This document shows, one piece after another, positions 6,020 through 15,907 of a DNA stretch of 47,785 bases. The notes beneath the pieces were generated by a model. The model was not told where the DNA came from. It made no database searches and worked only from the letters and a program-made list of their open reading frames with translations. The stretch is from a virus (lineage: Duplodnaviria; Caudoviricetes). The position numbers and the translations under genes were made by a program. Location: positions 1 through 47,785 of IMG/VR virus record IMGVR_UViG_3300037458_001078, one strand, 5' to 3'. Every line of letters begins with the position of its first letter. The stretch's first letter is position 1.

Positions 6020-7870
6020 CTACTCCGTAATCAGCCCAAGGCTAGCCGCAACGGCGCACTGAATCATCTCGCAGTCACGAAGATGGTCCGGCCAGTCCTT
6101 AACCCGCTTCTCCCAGTGACCGGTGGTCTCGTTCCGCACCTCTGCGGCGTTGTGGTGCTGGTAGTCTTCGGTGTTGGCTGAGTCGGAGATCGTCCACTGC
6201 CACCCGCCCTCCCCAGCGCGCATAGCGTGCATCAAGTCTTTGAAATAGTCGGACACGAAATCCAGTCGGTTCATGCTGGCGAGATTACGCAGCCCGTTGT
6301 TTGGGTTCGCGTCAATGGGCGCGAACCTCCAGGGCACTATCGCGCCGGACTCGTTCTTCCATTCCCGCTTCGGAGTCCCCCCAACAGGCAGCCACCCCAG
6401 GTAAAGCGCGGTCCCCTGTCCCCCGTCGGGCTCGATGATGTCAGAGTGTAGGGCACAGCGACGCACAACCTCGTGCGTATTCCACCGGGTGTCCAGCGCA
6501 ACGCACTCATTTGCTATACCGTGCCGCATCTGGAACTGTTCAATGTCCTGCCAGGAGTTAAAGCTGCCCGACTCAATGCCGTGACAGCGTAGGTGGGCCC
6601 AGGCGCGCAACACCCACCAGAAATGGGGTGCGCGTTGTTGTGGGTCAATAGTCAGCAGCTTCGTCCACTCGTTGGTGACCTCAACCGTTATCCCGCGAGC
6701 CACAGTTGTAGTAATCTCGACTCGGTCCTGGGACCGATAGGGCTCGGCCAGCTCCCCGTTGATAAAGCCCTGGGCCCCCTGGAGACTGTTTTTGGCAGAT
6801 AGGAATTTTACGGCGAGCCGGCCAAACGTAGTTTGCGGCGAAGACGCCCACATGGAAGGGAGATGCCGCACAACAAAAGTGGATGTGTCCCCCGGCTCCA
6901 CGGGCACCCAGGTCGGACGCCCTGAGGTGGATATGATGCTGCGCAGCGTGGGGAGCCATTTTCCGTTGCGGCACATCACGGTCTTCATGGACTCAAGGAG
7001 ATGCCCCTGGCAGAACGGACACACCAGGTGGGCGGTGCGTTCCACCTTCGCCATGTCCCAGCTACCGTTGTCCCGTTTGGCCGAGGGGTCCCACTCCACG
7101 AAGGCTTCGTAACCCTGAACTGGGAACGTGGTGTATTTCCGGGACCAGGCCGGCACAACTAGCTGGTGGCAGTGGACGCAGGGTCCAAAGTAGCGATACA
7201 GAATGCCCCGACGCGCCTGCTGCCAGATAAGACCATTCTCGAGCGTTGGCGTGCTAGTCTTCCAACGCTGTGGGTAGGTCATGTTCTTGGTCCGCTGTTC
7301 GGCAAGGTCCACAGCGTCCGCCTCCCGCCTCCCGCCTCGGTCAAACTTGTCCACCTCGTCCAGGATAACCCGGCGACACGGCTGGGACGCAAGGTTGGCG
7401 GCGGAATTGCTGCCGACGAAGTTAAAGCTCGCAGCGCCCAGGATCTGGGTGGCACTGGCAAAGTCATGCCGGTCCGCCCCCTCGGGGATTAGATCTCGGG
7501 TGGGCCCAGAGGCGCGTAACAGGGGGAGCCACCGCTGGCGGGAGAACTTGCGGGCGAGGTCGATGTTGGGCATGACCCACAGGAAGCCGCACGGGTCGTT
7601 GACGGCACAGAACGCCGCCCCGCCCATGAGTGTTCCGGTCTTCTTCGTCTGGCTGCCCCAGACCAGCACCTCATCCGTGATGTTGGTGGATGCGAAATCG
7701 TCTAGCGGCGCAACAACGTATTCGCACCCGGCTGTGCGGAAGGGTCCATGGTTGTCGGTCTCATCGAACACTAGGTTCTCCACGCACCACTTGGAGGGCA
7801 GCTTGGTGTTCCTGGGCGCCAGCCCCGAGGCTATCCACTCGCGGAGCTGGTTGATGTGGTACGGTGTCAC
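6020..7870 (-). CDS. terL: Terminase large subunit (lambda GpA family)
   Basis: WGSQTKKT Walker A-like, RRVILDEVDK Walker B, STPT, CxxC pairs, DHLRDCE nuclease motif; GTG start at 7870 by GTGA coupling. Confidence 0.92.
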   Translation of the reverse strand: MTPYHINQLREWIASGLAPRNTKLPSKWCVENLVFDETDNHGPFRTAGCEYVVAPLDDFASTNITDEVLVWGSQTKKTGTLMGGAAFCAVNDPCGFLWVMPNIDLARKFSRQRWLPLLRASGPTRDLIPEGADRHDFASATQILGAASFNFVGSNSAANLASQPCRRVILDEVDKFDRGGRREADAVDLAEQRTKNMTYPQRWKTSTPTLENGLIWQQARRGILYRYFGPCVHCHQLVVPAWSRKYTTFPVQGYEAFVEWDPSAKRDNGSWDMAKVERTAHLVCPFCQGHLLESMKTVMCRNGKWLPTLRSIISTSGRPTWVPVEPGDTSTFVVRHLPSMWASSPQTTFGRLAVKFLSAKNSLQGAQGFINGELAEPYRSQDRVEITTTVARGITVEVTNEWTKLLTIDPQQRAPHFWWVLRAWAHLRCHGIESGSFNSWQDIEQFQMRHGIANECVALDTRWNTHEVVRRCALHSDIIEPDGGQGTALYLGWLPVGGTPKREWKNESGAIVPWRFAPIDANPNNGLRNLASMNRLDFVSDYFKDLMHAMRAGEGGWQWTISDSANTEDYQHHNAAEVRNETTGHWEKRVKDWPDHLRDCEMIQCAVAASLGLITE

Positions 7871-8136
7871 GGGAGGTAGGGGTTGACGTCCGCCGGGAGA
7901 ACCTCCCCGAACACGACCAGGCCTTGGAGCAGGGTGTCCTTGAGCTCCACCGTGCCGTCCGAAGACAGCAGGTGGCACGAGCACACGTGTCCGCGCCTGA
8001 GCCACACTCGCGCAACATCCCTGGGCCGAAACTCCCACCGGACCACCACGGCTCCGGCGGGAAGGTTGGTGGGCGGTTCGGGGGCGGTTCTGGGGATCCC
8101 GAATACGTAGGGGCGAGAACAGATTGCTGTTGCCAT
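7867..8136 (-). CDS. Hypothetical protein
   Basis: ORF whose stop overlaps the terL start. Confidence 0.6.
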   Translation of the reverse strand: MATAICSRPYVFGIPRTAPEPPTNLPAGAVVVRWEFRPRDVARVWLRRGHVCSCHLLSSDGTVELKDTLLQGLVVFGEVLPADVNPYLP

Positions 8137-8187
8137 AGGGTTACTTTGTTGTCTTGGACCGGGGTAGGAAGCTCCGAGCGAGGTCTT

Positions 8188-8427
8188 TCATGCCTTCAAA
8201 ATTCCGCTGGCCGCGTTGTGCCAGGCGTCCGTTGTTCCGATCCCACGCCCCAGCTCCTTCCCCCCTTTGTCGAGGATGACATACACAGGGAGGGTCATCC
8301 CGTAAAGGATGCCGACATCGCGAGTTCGGAACGGCTTGGCGGACGGGTGCCGCCGGAGAACAGCAGCGCGTGCCCCGGTGGCGCCCAGGATGATGTGTGG
8401 GTTAAGATTCTTTTCCATAGAGCACAT
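8188..8427 (-). CDS. Hypothetical protein
   Basis: Tiled ORF; ELGRG.....AW..AA motif common in small phage proteins. Confidence 0.6.
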   Translation of the reverse strand: MCSMEKNLNPHIILGATGARAAVLRRHPSAKPFRTRDVGILYGMTLPVYVILDKGGKELGRGIGTTDAWHNAASGILKA

Positions 8428-8572
8428 GGTAGATGAAGCCCAGCACGAGCACGCCGAGGCATAAATTTCCCCACCCTTCGCGGAGGAGGACGTGTGGCGA
8501 CATATACCAGGTTAGCTTGGTAAAGATTGCGATGCCCAGGACTAGGAGCATGATGCGGAGAAGGTGTTTCAT
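8402..8572 (-). CDS. Small two-TM membrane protein
   Basis: MKHLLRIMLLVLGIAIF and NLCLGVLVLGFIY hydrophobic segments. Confidence 0.6.
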   Translation of the reverse strand: MKHLLRIMLLVLGIAIFTKLTWYMSPHVLLREGWGNLCLGVLVLGFIYHVLYGKES

Positions 8573-8585
8573 GCACAGCATAGCC

Positions 8586-9026
8586 TTAGATAAGAGGGTA
8601 CGAGAAGTAGATGATGCCCTTCGTCCCGGGGGCACCGACGGTAGCGCCTGGCGTATTGTAGGCAAGGTTGGAGGCGCGGTCGAAAGGGAGGCCCAGCGCG
8701 ACGAGGAGCTTGAAGGTGGCGGTCGGACCTTCTCCGTGATAGCCCCAGCTGCAGCCGCGGAAGGTCAGGGTCCCGTACTCCCCGTGGACCTGGACTTGGA
8801 ACCATCCGTCCCCCTGCCCGCCACATTTTCCAACCACGTAAAGTGGCTTGCCGATTTTTGGGTGGTGAAGGAAAAACTCCCCGAGCACCTTTCGGCTAAG
8901 GTGTGAGCCAAGGAACCGATATTTCAACGGGCGGATGGTGACGGCTGGGAACTTGGCGGAAACGTCCAGCGCCTGCTGCAGCTGCGCGGTTTCGGGAGTA
9001 AGATACACAGTCGAATCAGTTTTCAT
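8586..9026 (-). CDS. Hypothetical protein
   Basis: ATG from promoter cassette 5; GCSWGYHGEGP motif. Confidence 0.75.
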   Translation of the reverse strand: MKTDSTVYLTPETAQLQQALDVSAKFPAVTIRPLKYRFLGSHLSRKVLGEFFLHHPKIGKPLYVVGKCGGQGDGWFQVQVHGEYGTLTFRGCSWGYHGEGPTATFKLLVALGLPFDRASNLAYNTPGATVGAPGTKGIIYFSYPLI

Positions 9027-9127
9027 TTTCCGTATTCTAGTTTTTGGTTTTCGTTTCGCAGTCCCCGGTCATCGGGAACGGGGATACTATGGCTGAGACC
9101 GGGAGAAAGGTAAAGTATTAGTTTCAA
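9024..9127 (-). promoter_or_regulatory. Promoter-leader cassette copy 5 (between terS and terL)
   Basis: Near-identical to 409-519. Confidence 0.8.
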
Positions 9128-9627
9128 TTTTCTTCTGGGTCGGGTGGAACCCCTGGGATCTTGCTGGTAAAATCGAAGTCCCTGCAACATTGTAGAGACC
9201 GGTCGCAGTACTCCGACAGAATAGCGCGAGCGTGTTCGGGATCGGCGGGATTTACGTGCGGCGCCAACGCCAGTGCGCCCAGGAATTGTTGACGCACCAT
9301 GGACAACACCAGGTTCAGCGCAGCCTGGACCTCGCTGGTGGGGATGAGCTTTCGCTCTAGCTCGTCAGCCTCGGCTTCCTTGATGCGGCGCACAGCCCGT
9401 TCTTTTTCTGCGCGCTCGACAAGATAGTCCACGGACTGGGACACCTTTTTTCCGCCGTGGTTGGTGGCAAGCCACTCCAGGAACGGCAGGAGCTTAACAG
9501 TGCCATCCTTGTTGAACGCAGGACACCCGGCGTGCTTCAGTGACCGTAGGTAGGGATACGACAGCCCGGTGAGCGAGGCCATCTGCCGGATGCCTGAGAA
9601 GGTAGTGGGGAGAGTGTCGGTGGGCAT
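9124..9627 (-). CDS. terS: Terminase small subunit (Nu1-like)
   Basis: N-terminal HTH with GCP motif, coiled coil ERAEKERA..ELERKLIP..EV typical of Nu1-like proteins; upstream of GpA-type terL. Confidence 0.75.
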   Translation of the reverse strand: MPTDTLPTTFSGIRQMASLTGLSYPYLRSLKHAGCPAFNKDGTVKLLPFLEWLATNHGGKKVSQSVDYLVERAEKERAVRRIKEAEADELERKLIPTSEVQAALNLVLSMVRQQFLGALALAPHVNPADPEHARAILSEYCDRSLQCCRDFDFTSKIPGVPPDPEEN

Positions 9628-9629
9628 GG

Positions 9630-12011
9630 TTACATGGGGGGCTGTTCTTCAGCTGGCAGTTCTTTCAAGGGGAGTTCCGGGGTCGTAAAGTCTGAAATTC
9701 CAAACTGCGAAACCCAGTGTTCGCGGCATACATCAAGCGGAGGCATCCACCAATAGTAGATACGCCGCGTAACCTCGTTGGTCCACCCCGGCTCCACCCC
9801 AGGCACCCGAACCACCCCTAGCGCCTGGGTCGCACAGATGCCAGGGCACATTCGCCGCATAAATTTTCCCAGCGTGGTCTCATTAGCTCTTCGGCCCAGG
9901 GTGGCTATTCTTCGCATATACCCGACGTAATCCTCCAGCAGGTCAAACTTAGCCACCTTCTCCGGCCACTCATCCACGTGGGACAGGTCATCTAGCAGAC
10001 GACCGGACTGTAGTTTTCGGTACCACCATTCCTCTTCTGGGGTAAGGCTCAGCAGCTTCTGTTCCTTGAGAGCGGGGGTCTGCGGAACGACCCGAACCTG
10101 GAATCCCTCGAGGGGGTGGTTCAGCAGCTGGTATAACAGAGCCGAGGCTCCCTCGTGGGCCATCTGGTCCACGAGGGCTGCGAAGTAGGCATGGTTTTGC
10201 TTGTGCGTTGGGGCCACGTCTAACACGAAGAACCGACGCTCGTCCGCGCCCGCTGGCACCACCCAGTCGCTGTTGCTGGCAAGAATAACGTGGGTGAAAT
10301 TGGGTCCCGTCTCAACGTCCACACCCTTGTGCTCAATTGTGAGCTGCTCTTCGGTGATCAGCGTCTTCAGCACGCTCTCGTGCTTTTTGTCTCCGGCGTA
10401 AAAGGCCTCGTCGCCAAACAGAACTACGACGTCTCGCAGGTGTGCGTTGAAGGAGCCCACCAGGTGTTTGGGGTCGCTGACCTGGATGAAGTGGCGCCCG
10501 AAGAGAGACCCGAACTGCTTGGCAAAAATAGACTTCCCTACCCCGCGTCCGCCCCGCAACACCACGCCCACCTGCCCAGGGCTGTCGGGGTGCTGTACGG
10601 CCATGGCCATCCAACCAATCAGGTAGTTGTAGTAGTCGTCGTTGCCGCTGCAAATGTTCTCCCGGACGTGGGTCAGGAATAGCCCACAGTCTCCTGGTCG
10701 TGGAGTGACAGCGAACCCTTTCCATAGGTTGTAGGCACCGGGGACGATCCTTCCGGGCGCAAAGACGATTGTGTTGAACTGTCTGCGCAGCGGGTGCTTG
10801 AGCCACCAGCGCCCCACCGGAACACTAATGGGCCGACCCTCCTTGTCCTTGCCGATCTCGATAGTCTTGTTGAGGTGCCGATTGTTGAAGTCTTCGAAGG
10901 TCTGCCGGGACAGACGGGACCGGCGCAACACAGGGTCTTCCACCTCCTCAATGACGCGGCACTTACCGCCCGTGTTTCCGATCACGGCGAACTGTTCGTT
11001 GAGCTTTCGTAGCCAGGGGTCAATGACCTCCTCATGGGCACGCTCAATCTGGCGCATGGCGTAACGGTTCGCCGAGGCTCCGGTCTCGAGGACACTTGCG
11101 CTGATGCCGAACCCTGGGTCCGTAATGACCGAGTAGATGACCTCGTCCGGCACGTTGCACCGAATCAGGTTGCACACTACGTCAAACAGCCAGGCTGACC
11201 GGCTATCGTCACCCGGCTTTATCTCGTCGGGGTATTTACCCTGGACGATGATGACTAGGATGCGGTCGGGAACGTTCCAGTGCTTTAGGTCCTCCACGCT
11301 TTCCAGGCGCTTGACCGAGTCAAAGGAGGGCTTGTCCTCGCCGTCGTTGGAAAACCCTCCAGTACCCGTCTGGAGGAGCGGGGCAGGGGTGAACTGGGAG
11401 AGCGGGTAAACCCGGTCCAGGTGCATCTCTATGACCTGGGCCAGGACCGGGGTCCGACCCGCCTTACGCTTCTTCGCGTTGGGCAGGTTCATGGTGCCCG
11501 GGAGGCGCATGATCCGGTCAATGTTGTGGCAGGCATCGGCGCCAAACACAGCCTCCAGCTGTTGGTTGTAACGGGCTGCCTCCTCCGCCCGGACCAGGTC
11601 TCCGTTGATTTCGATGGGCTCCACCAGACGCCAGAAGGCCTGGTACCCGCCACCCGAAAACACGATGACCGAGGGACGAGCTATTCCGCCGGGAGGGAAG
11701 CGGAAGAGGCCTAGAATTCGTGCCTGCTCCTGGGTCAGGTCGGCTCCGGGCCGAGGGTCAATATCTACGTGGAGGTAACAGACTCTGGCAATATCAGTGC
11801 GTTCTGCCTTGCGTGTGACCGGGCGAATGACCGGGTTGACGTGCCAATAAAGGTTGTTGCGGTGGTTGTTGTGGTCTAGCCACCGCACCAGTAGATCCTG
11901 GTCCCGCGGAAAGAACGTTTGGGTGTCCAGGGACTTGCAGTCTGGGGAGATGGCAGTTAGGGCCCAGGGTCCGTGGGGATAGACTGCCCCAAGAAATTCG
12001 AGGGGCGTCAT
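9630..12011 (-). CDS. Primase-helicase (RepB-type primase plus SF3/DUF5906-like NTPase)
   Basis: VDID, FSGGGYQAFWRL, DRIMRLPGT; Walker A GGRGVGKS, FGDEA, ASN, DERRF. Confidence 0.9.
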   Translation of the reverse strand: MTPLEFLGAVYPHGPWALTAISPDCKSLDTQTFFPRDQDLLVRWLDHNNHRNNLYWHVNPVIRPVTRKAERTDIARVCYLHVDIDPRPGADLTQEQARILGLFRFPPGGIARPSVIVFSGGGYQAFWRLVEPIEINGDLVRAEEAARYNQQLEAVFGADACHNIDRIMRLPGTMNLPNAKKRKAGRTPVLAQVIEMHLDRVYPLSQFTPAPLLQTGTGGFSNDGEDKPSFDSVKRLESVEDLKHWNVPDRILVIIVQGKYPDEIKPGDDSRSAWLFDVVCNLIRCNVPDEVIYSVITDPGFGISASVLETGASANRYAMRQIERAHEEVIDPWLRKLNEQFAVIGNTGGKCRVIEEVEDPVLRRSRLSRQTFEDFNNRHLNKTIEIGKDKEGRPISVPVGRWWLKHPLRRQFNTIVFAPGRIVPGAYNLWKGFAVTPRPGDCGLFLTHVRENICSGNDDYYNYLIGWMAMAVQHPDSPGQVGVVLRGGRGVGKSIFAKQFGSLFGRHFIQVSDPKHLVGSFNAHLRDVVVLFGDEAFYAGDKKHESVLKTLITEEQLTIEHKGVDVETGPNFTHVILASNSDWVVPAGADERRFFVLDVAPTHKQNHAYFAALVDQMAHEGASALLYQLLNHPLEGFQVRVVPQTPALKEQKLLSLTPEEEWWYRKLQSGRLLDDLSHVDEWPEKVAKFDLLEDYVGYMRRIATLGRRANETTLGKFMRRMCPGICATQALGVVRVPGVEPGWTNEVTRRIYYWWMPPLDVCREHWVSQFGISDFTTPELPLKELPAEEQPPM

Positions 12012-12331
12012 ACGCCATGACGCATCCAGAATTCAACTAGCTGGCGACACGGAGCGAGTCCACGCTCCATACGGTTCACCCACAATCGGGTACAGCCCAG
12101 GCGGTCGGCGACATTGCGCTGCGTCAGGGAATTACGTAGTCGGAGCAGAACGCAGCGTTCGTTCATGGTGGGCGTCACGGACTTGATCTTTCTTGGCAGC
12201 GCCAGCTTGTCCTGTTCGTACATGGCTATTGTGCGCCAGCTCACACCCCACCGTTTGGCCAGCGCACCCTGGGTTAGCCGTTGCCTGGTTCGCCAGAGAC
12301 GTAAATTTTCTCCGTTAGTTATCTTAAACAT
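12008..12331 (-). CDS. Tandem Xre/Cro-type HTH transcriptional regulator
   Basis: Two LTQ..LA/VA..(W/L)G(V/C)..(Y/M)E HTH repeats. Confidence 0.85.
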   Translation of the reverse strand: MFKITNGENLRLWRTRQRLTQGALAKRWGVSWRTIAMYEQDKLALPRKIKSVTPTMNERCVLLRLRNSLTQRNVADRLGCTRLWVNRMERGLAPCRQLVEFWMRHGV

Positions 12332-12714
12332 GGGATTAATTCTTCGGATGATGGAGGTTTGGCCCAGCACCGCTGGGCCAGCTTATACAAAAGGTTTCTT
12401 GGAACCCGCCCCACGTGGGCAGATGCAGTTAGCCCGTCGAACAACAGCCACTCCCGGTGCACGCAGAGTAGCAGGCGCGCATTGCCCCTGTGGGTGGAGC
12501 GTTTCAACAGCCAAACCCGCTGCTGTGGTGTGAAGTGGTCTATGTGCACCACCGTCTCTTTTCTGGCGGGCCAGTCTGGGAGCCACTTTAACTCAAGCCA
12601 GCCTTCAACGAAATTAACATCCGGCGTACCGGGATACACCGGGTTTTCTACGGATATTGCATCTAAGGACCGTAGTAGATGGATTACCCGTTGTCGCATG
12701 TTCTGTTCACTCAT
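12319..12714 (-). CDS. PD-(D/E)xK nuclease / Holliday junction resolvase-like protein
   Basis: SE..., GTPDV, WLELK, Q..W motifs. Confidence 0.8.
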   Translation of the reverse strand: MSEQNMRQRVIHLLRSLDAISVENPVYPGTPDVNFVEGWLELKWLPDWPARKETVVHIDHFTPQQRVWLLKRSTHRGNARLLLCVHREWLLFDGLTASAHVGRVPRNLLYKLAQRCWAKPPSSEELIPCLR

Positions 12715-13219
12715 CAGGCTGCGCGAAAAGTATAGCCTTACAGCGGTTGAATTCAAGCCAAAAATTTTCGGATCCTGGCGGAAACGGGATCTCGTTGACG
12801 AGGTGTTCTAGTTTCTCTGAGTACGCACGCTCAAGAGCGTAGTATGCCTCCCGGTCCTTGAAGGACAGACGTTCTTCAGAGAAGAACGGAACGAACGAGC
12901 GTCGGCTGTTTTCGCTCGTCGTAATTGCGCGGATGTTCCACCGATGGTAGCCCAGCCCACTCTCGATGCGATCAACCTGGAGGGAATACTTGGAAGACCC
13001 GCTGAGCTTGTGGTAGTCTGTCTTAAGGCAGAACTCCCGGAACTCCTCCCGCGTCAGGGTGAAGGGTTTTCCTCGCGCACGAGCGTGCGACCGCAGCTTG
13101 TTATATGCCCAGGTGATGGGGTGGCTCTGCTTGAACCGTCGGGTCCGGCACCGGGGGCAGTAGGGAGACTTGGCGTTCCGGGCCACGTAACCCCGACAAT
13201 ACTTAGTGCGGCATTTCAT
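12707..13219 (-). CDS. HNH-like endonuclease with N-terminal Cys cluster
   Basis: VDRIESGLGYHRWNI....EN motif; CxxxxC/CPRC. Confidence 0.7.
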   Translation of the reverse strand: MKCRTKYCRGYVARNAKSPYCPRCRTRRFKQSHPITWAYNKLRSHARARGKPFTLTREEFREFCLKTDYHKLSGSSKYSLQVDRIESGLGYHRWNIRAITTSENSRRSFVPFFSEERLSFKDREAYYALERAYSEKLEHLVNEIPFPPGSENFWLEFNRCKAILFAQPDE

Positions 13220-13637
13220 ACAGATCGATGTCGATACGGGCTTCGTCAAACAACGATTGAGTCATGGCGTAGTCCAGGATGGACGTGCTAGGCGCACCGA
13301 GCACGGATACTACTCGCTGGATCCGAGCTTGAATCAAAAAAGAGGCACATCGAGAGCACGGAATTACCGGCCAGGTGTAGGCAGTCAGCCCCTCTTCCCG
13401 CCCGTTCAGAAAGAGCAGCGCATTCTCTTCGGCATGCAAGATGAGCTTGTGCTTTAGGCTTCGATTTTGCAACCGAAGCTCGGTGTCGGCAATTCCCTGC
13501 GGTAAGCCGTTGAAGCCCACGCTGGCGATGGTCTTATTCTTCCGAACAAGAACGCACCCCACCTTGGTGGTAGGGTCTTTGGACCAGGTGGACACCAGCT
13601 TGGCGAGTTCAAGAAACCGTTTGTCCCAGGAGTTCAT
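13203..13637 (-). CDS. dCMP deaminase
   Basis: SKDP..KVG, GFNG.P.G, HAEENA, PCSRC. Confidence 0.93.
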   Translation of the reverse strand: MNSWDKRFLELAKLVSTWSKDPTTKVGCVLVRKNKTIASVGFNGLPQGIADTELRLQNRSLKHKLILHAEENALLFLNGREEGLTAYTWPVIPCSRCASFLIQARIQRVVSVLGAPSTSILDYAMTQSLFDEARIDIDLYEMPH

Positions 13638-13864
13638 AGGAGTTGGTATTCGACAATTCGGCACTTCCGGACAGTGTCATAGCGGTCGGTGATCCGCACA
13701 ATGTTGTGGCCCTGTTTTTGCAGTCGCTTTATTCGAGCCTGGAACGCTCCAGAACTACCCCAGCCCATTGACTTCTGAAGGAGCTCGTAAGCCCGATGGG
13801 GGTTTCGGTCTTGTAGGATTTCTAGAAGCCGTTCGCAATCTTTCCGTATTTGGCTAGTCGTCAT
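13634..13864 (-). CDS. Small winged-HTH-like protein
   Basis: ARIKRLQKQGHNI...EYQL pattern. Confidence 0.6.
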   Translation of the reverse strand: MTTSQIRKDCERLLEILQDRNPHRAYELLQKSMGWGSSGAFQARIKRLQKQGHNIVRITDRYDTVRKCRIVEYQLL

Positions 13865-13926
13865 TTCAATTTCTCTGTTTCATTGTCTGCATCCCCACGG
13901 GCTCCAGGAAACCGGGACGGGGGACG

Positions 13927-14014
13927 CCGATTTCCGTCCTCCAGGGGTCCGCTGGACGGCTTTTGGGAGCCGGGGGAGGAGTTGCCCTCCGCTGGGTTCC
14001 CGGACGGTCCAGGA
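13927..14014. repeat. Repeat A (intergenic, downstream of polA)
   Basis: Identity to other copies. Confidence 0.9.
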
Positions 14015-14043
14015 CGGCTCCTGGAAACTGTAGCCTTCAGTCT

Positions 14044-15906
14044 TCATTCCACCTCCCCCCAGCTTGGGCCAACCTCCACATCAACCTGGCTTGGAACTTC
14101 CAGGTCAACGCACGTTCTCATACACTCCGCGACCCCTTCCGCCTCCTCCCGGGAGACCACCGTTAAGTCAAGCTCGTCGTGGACCTGCAGCTGTAACCGA
14201 TACCCAGCCTTGTCAACCGCTACCATGGCTGCCTTAGTCTGGTCAGCACTACTTCCCTGGATAAGCCGGTTTAGGGCCTTGTGGGTCCAGTCGAAATTCC
14301 CCTCGGGGTCTTTTGGGAAGTGGCAGCGACGACCTAGAAGGGTGACGATAAATCCACGGCGGGAAGCCAGGTCAGTGCACTTTCGTGCGAGCTCTCGGAT
14401 AAATGGAGCATGGGAATTGAACTTGTCAATGACCGCCTGTCCCTCGTCGCCAGCCACGCGAATGTTTCGACCGTTCCGTTCAATAATTTTGGTAGGAAGC
14501 CCAAGCTCGTCACAGAGCTTTGCACCACCCATTCCGTAACACATGCCAAGGTAGAGGTTCTTTGCCTGTTTTCTGGGCAGCCCAGTAAGCTCCGCCATCA
14601 TCTGGTGGTTGTCCGTAAGCGGGTCATTCCGATAGCGTTCAGCGGCAACATTCGCCCTGGTGCAGCGAGACTTTACGGCGTAGTGCGTTGTCATTCGAGG
14701 TTCTTGCTGTGAGTAGTCCGCGCTGGCCCACAAACCGCCGTCGTCAGGAACATAGATGCTCCTCCACTGTTTTGCAAACTCGTCTCTTGCCGGCTGCTGT
14801 TGGAAGTTCGGGTGTTCACAAGATAACCTTCCGTACCGTGCACCCTTGACACCCTGCCCGTCGTCTCCTTCTCGCGCGAGCTGGTTGAAGATGCAATGAA
14901 TCCTTCCGCGGGTCAGATGCTGCCGGATAGACTTTGCGAACGTTGTCCGCAGCTTATTTACCTTCCGTGCCCAGGCTAGGTGCTCTGCGACCGGGTGGTC
15001 TATTGTGTCAAGGAAGTCCGCGTCAATCTTGGGCTTTCCAGTGGCCGTCCGCCCCGGCTTGACCCCAATGCTGGACAGGACGGAGTTGATGATCTTGTTG
15101 GCCCAGACGGCTCCGACGGGAACTGTAATTCCCGTCATCCGGTGAACTTCGGCAAGAGCCTTTCCTTCCTCCTGCAAGGACCACTGCTCAATTTGCTCCA
15201 GCCTGCTCTGGTTTACGGCTACGCCCCGGTTCCGCATCTTTGCAAGAACGGGTAAGACCTCGCACTCGAGACCCCAGATCCTAGTTAGGTTGTTCTTCTC
15301 CAGCTCTCGTTCCTGGAGCCGAAGAATCTGAAGCGGGAGCCGAACGTCCTGCAGGGCATATGGAGCCACGAACCGCCCAGGGATCAAGGCCATCCCCCGC
15401 TTGGGGTCAGCGTCGTACCACTCGGCTGCATCCCGGAGCAAAGTCTCGTCTTTTCCGCTAAGCCCAAACCGGAGGGCAATGTTCTGCAGGGAGTAGCTTT
15501 CGTGCAGCTCGTAAATAAGTGGGTCCGCAATCTGGACATCCCGGTAGGAAGCCTTGTGGAAAAAGATTCCTGCTTCAACTAGGTAGTCCAGGTCGTAATT
15601 TAGGTTAGCCCCAACGATGTCCCCCGCAAAGGTCTTGGCCTGGTCCTTGAAGTAAGACAACACAGCCTCTCGCGGAAGGTTGTCTTCGGCGTGTCGGATT
15701 GGAAGATAATGGGCGGGTCCGTCCTCGAGGGCGAACCCGATTCCCGCGATGAACCCGTTTCGGCGAGGGCCAGGGCCAAGCTCCTTGATGTCGGGGTCGT
15801 GCGTTTCGATGTCGATGCACACTCGGCGGGCGTTGTCCCACGAGGGGAGGTCCCCCAGCTTGGGCGCAACCCAGGTGGACGTAGGCTTGAAGAGGGGGAT
15901 TTGCAT
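14044..15906 (-). CDS. polA: Family A DNA polymerase with 3'-5' exonuclease domain
   Basis: DIET, N..YD and YA..D exonuclease motifs; ADYSQQEPR, R..AK....G..YG, QVHDEL. Confidence 0.95.
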   Translation of the reverse strand: MQIPLFKPTSTWVAPKLGDLPSWDNARRVCIDIETHDPDIKELGPGPRRNGFIAGIGFALEDGPAHYLPIRHAEDNLPREAVLSYFKDQAKTFAGDIVGANLNYDLDYLVEAGIFFHKASYRDVQIADPLIYELHESYSLQNIALRFGLSGKDETLLRDAAEWYDADPKRGMALIPGRFVAPYALQDVRLPLQILRLQERELEKNNLTRIWGLECEVLPVLAKMRNRGVAVNQSRLEQIEQWSLQEEGKALAEVHRMTGITVPVGAVWANKIINSVLSSIGVKPGRTATGKPKIDADFLDTIDHPVAEHLAWARKVNKLRTTFAKSIRQHLTRGRIHCIFNQLAREGDDGQGVKGARYGRLSCEHPNFQQQPARDEFAKQWRSIYVPDDGGLWASADYSQQEPRMTTHYAVKSRCTRANVAAERYRNDPLTDNHQMMAELTGLPRKQAKNLYLGMCYGMGGAKLCDELGLPTKIIERNGRNIRVAGDEGQAVIDKFNSHAPFIRELARKCTDLASRRGFIVTLLGRRCHFPKDPEGNFDWTHKALNRLIQGSSADQTKAAMVAVDKAGYRLQLQVHDELDLTVVSREEAEGVAECMRTCVDLEVPSQVDVEVGPSWGEVE

Positions 15907-15907
15907 G

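Noticed and set aside
7871-8038. Longer N-termini given in the ORF track for terL (also polA, the transferase fusion and 47221-47778)
   Set aside because: They overlap upstream genes or repeats; coupled downstream starts are more plausible
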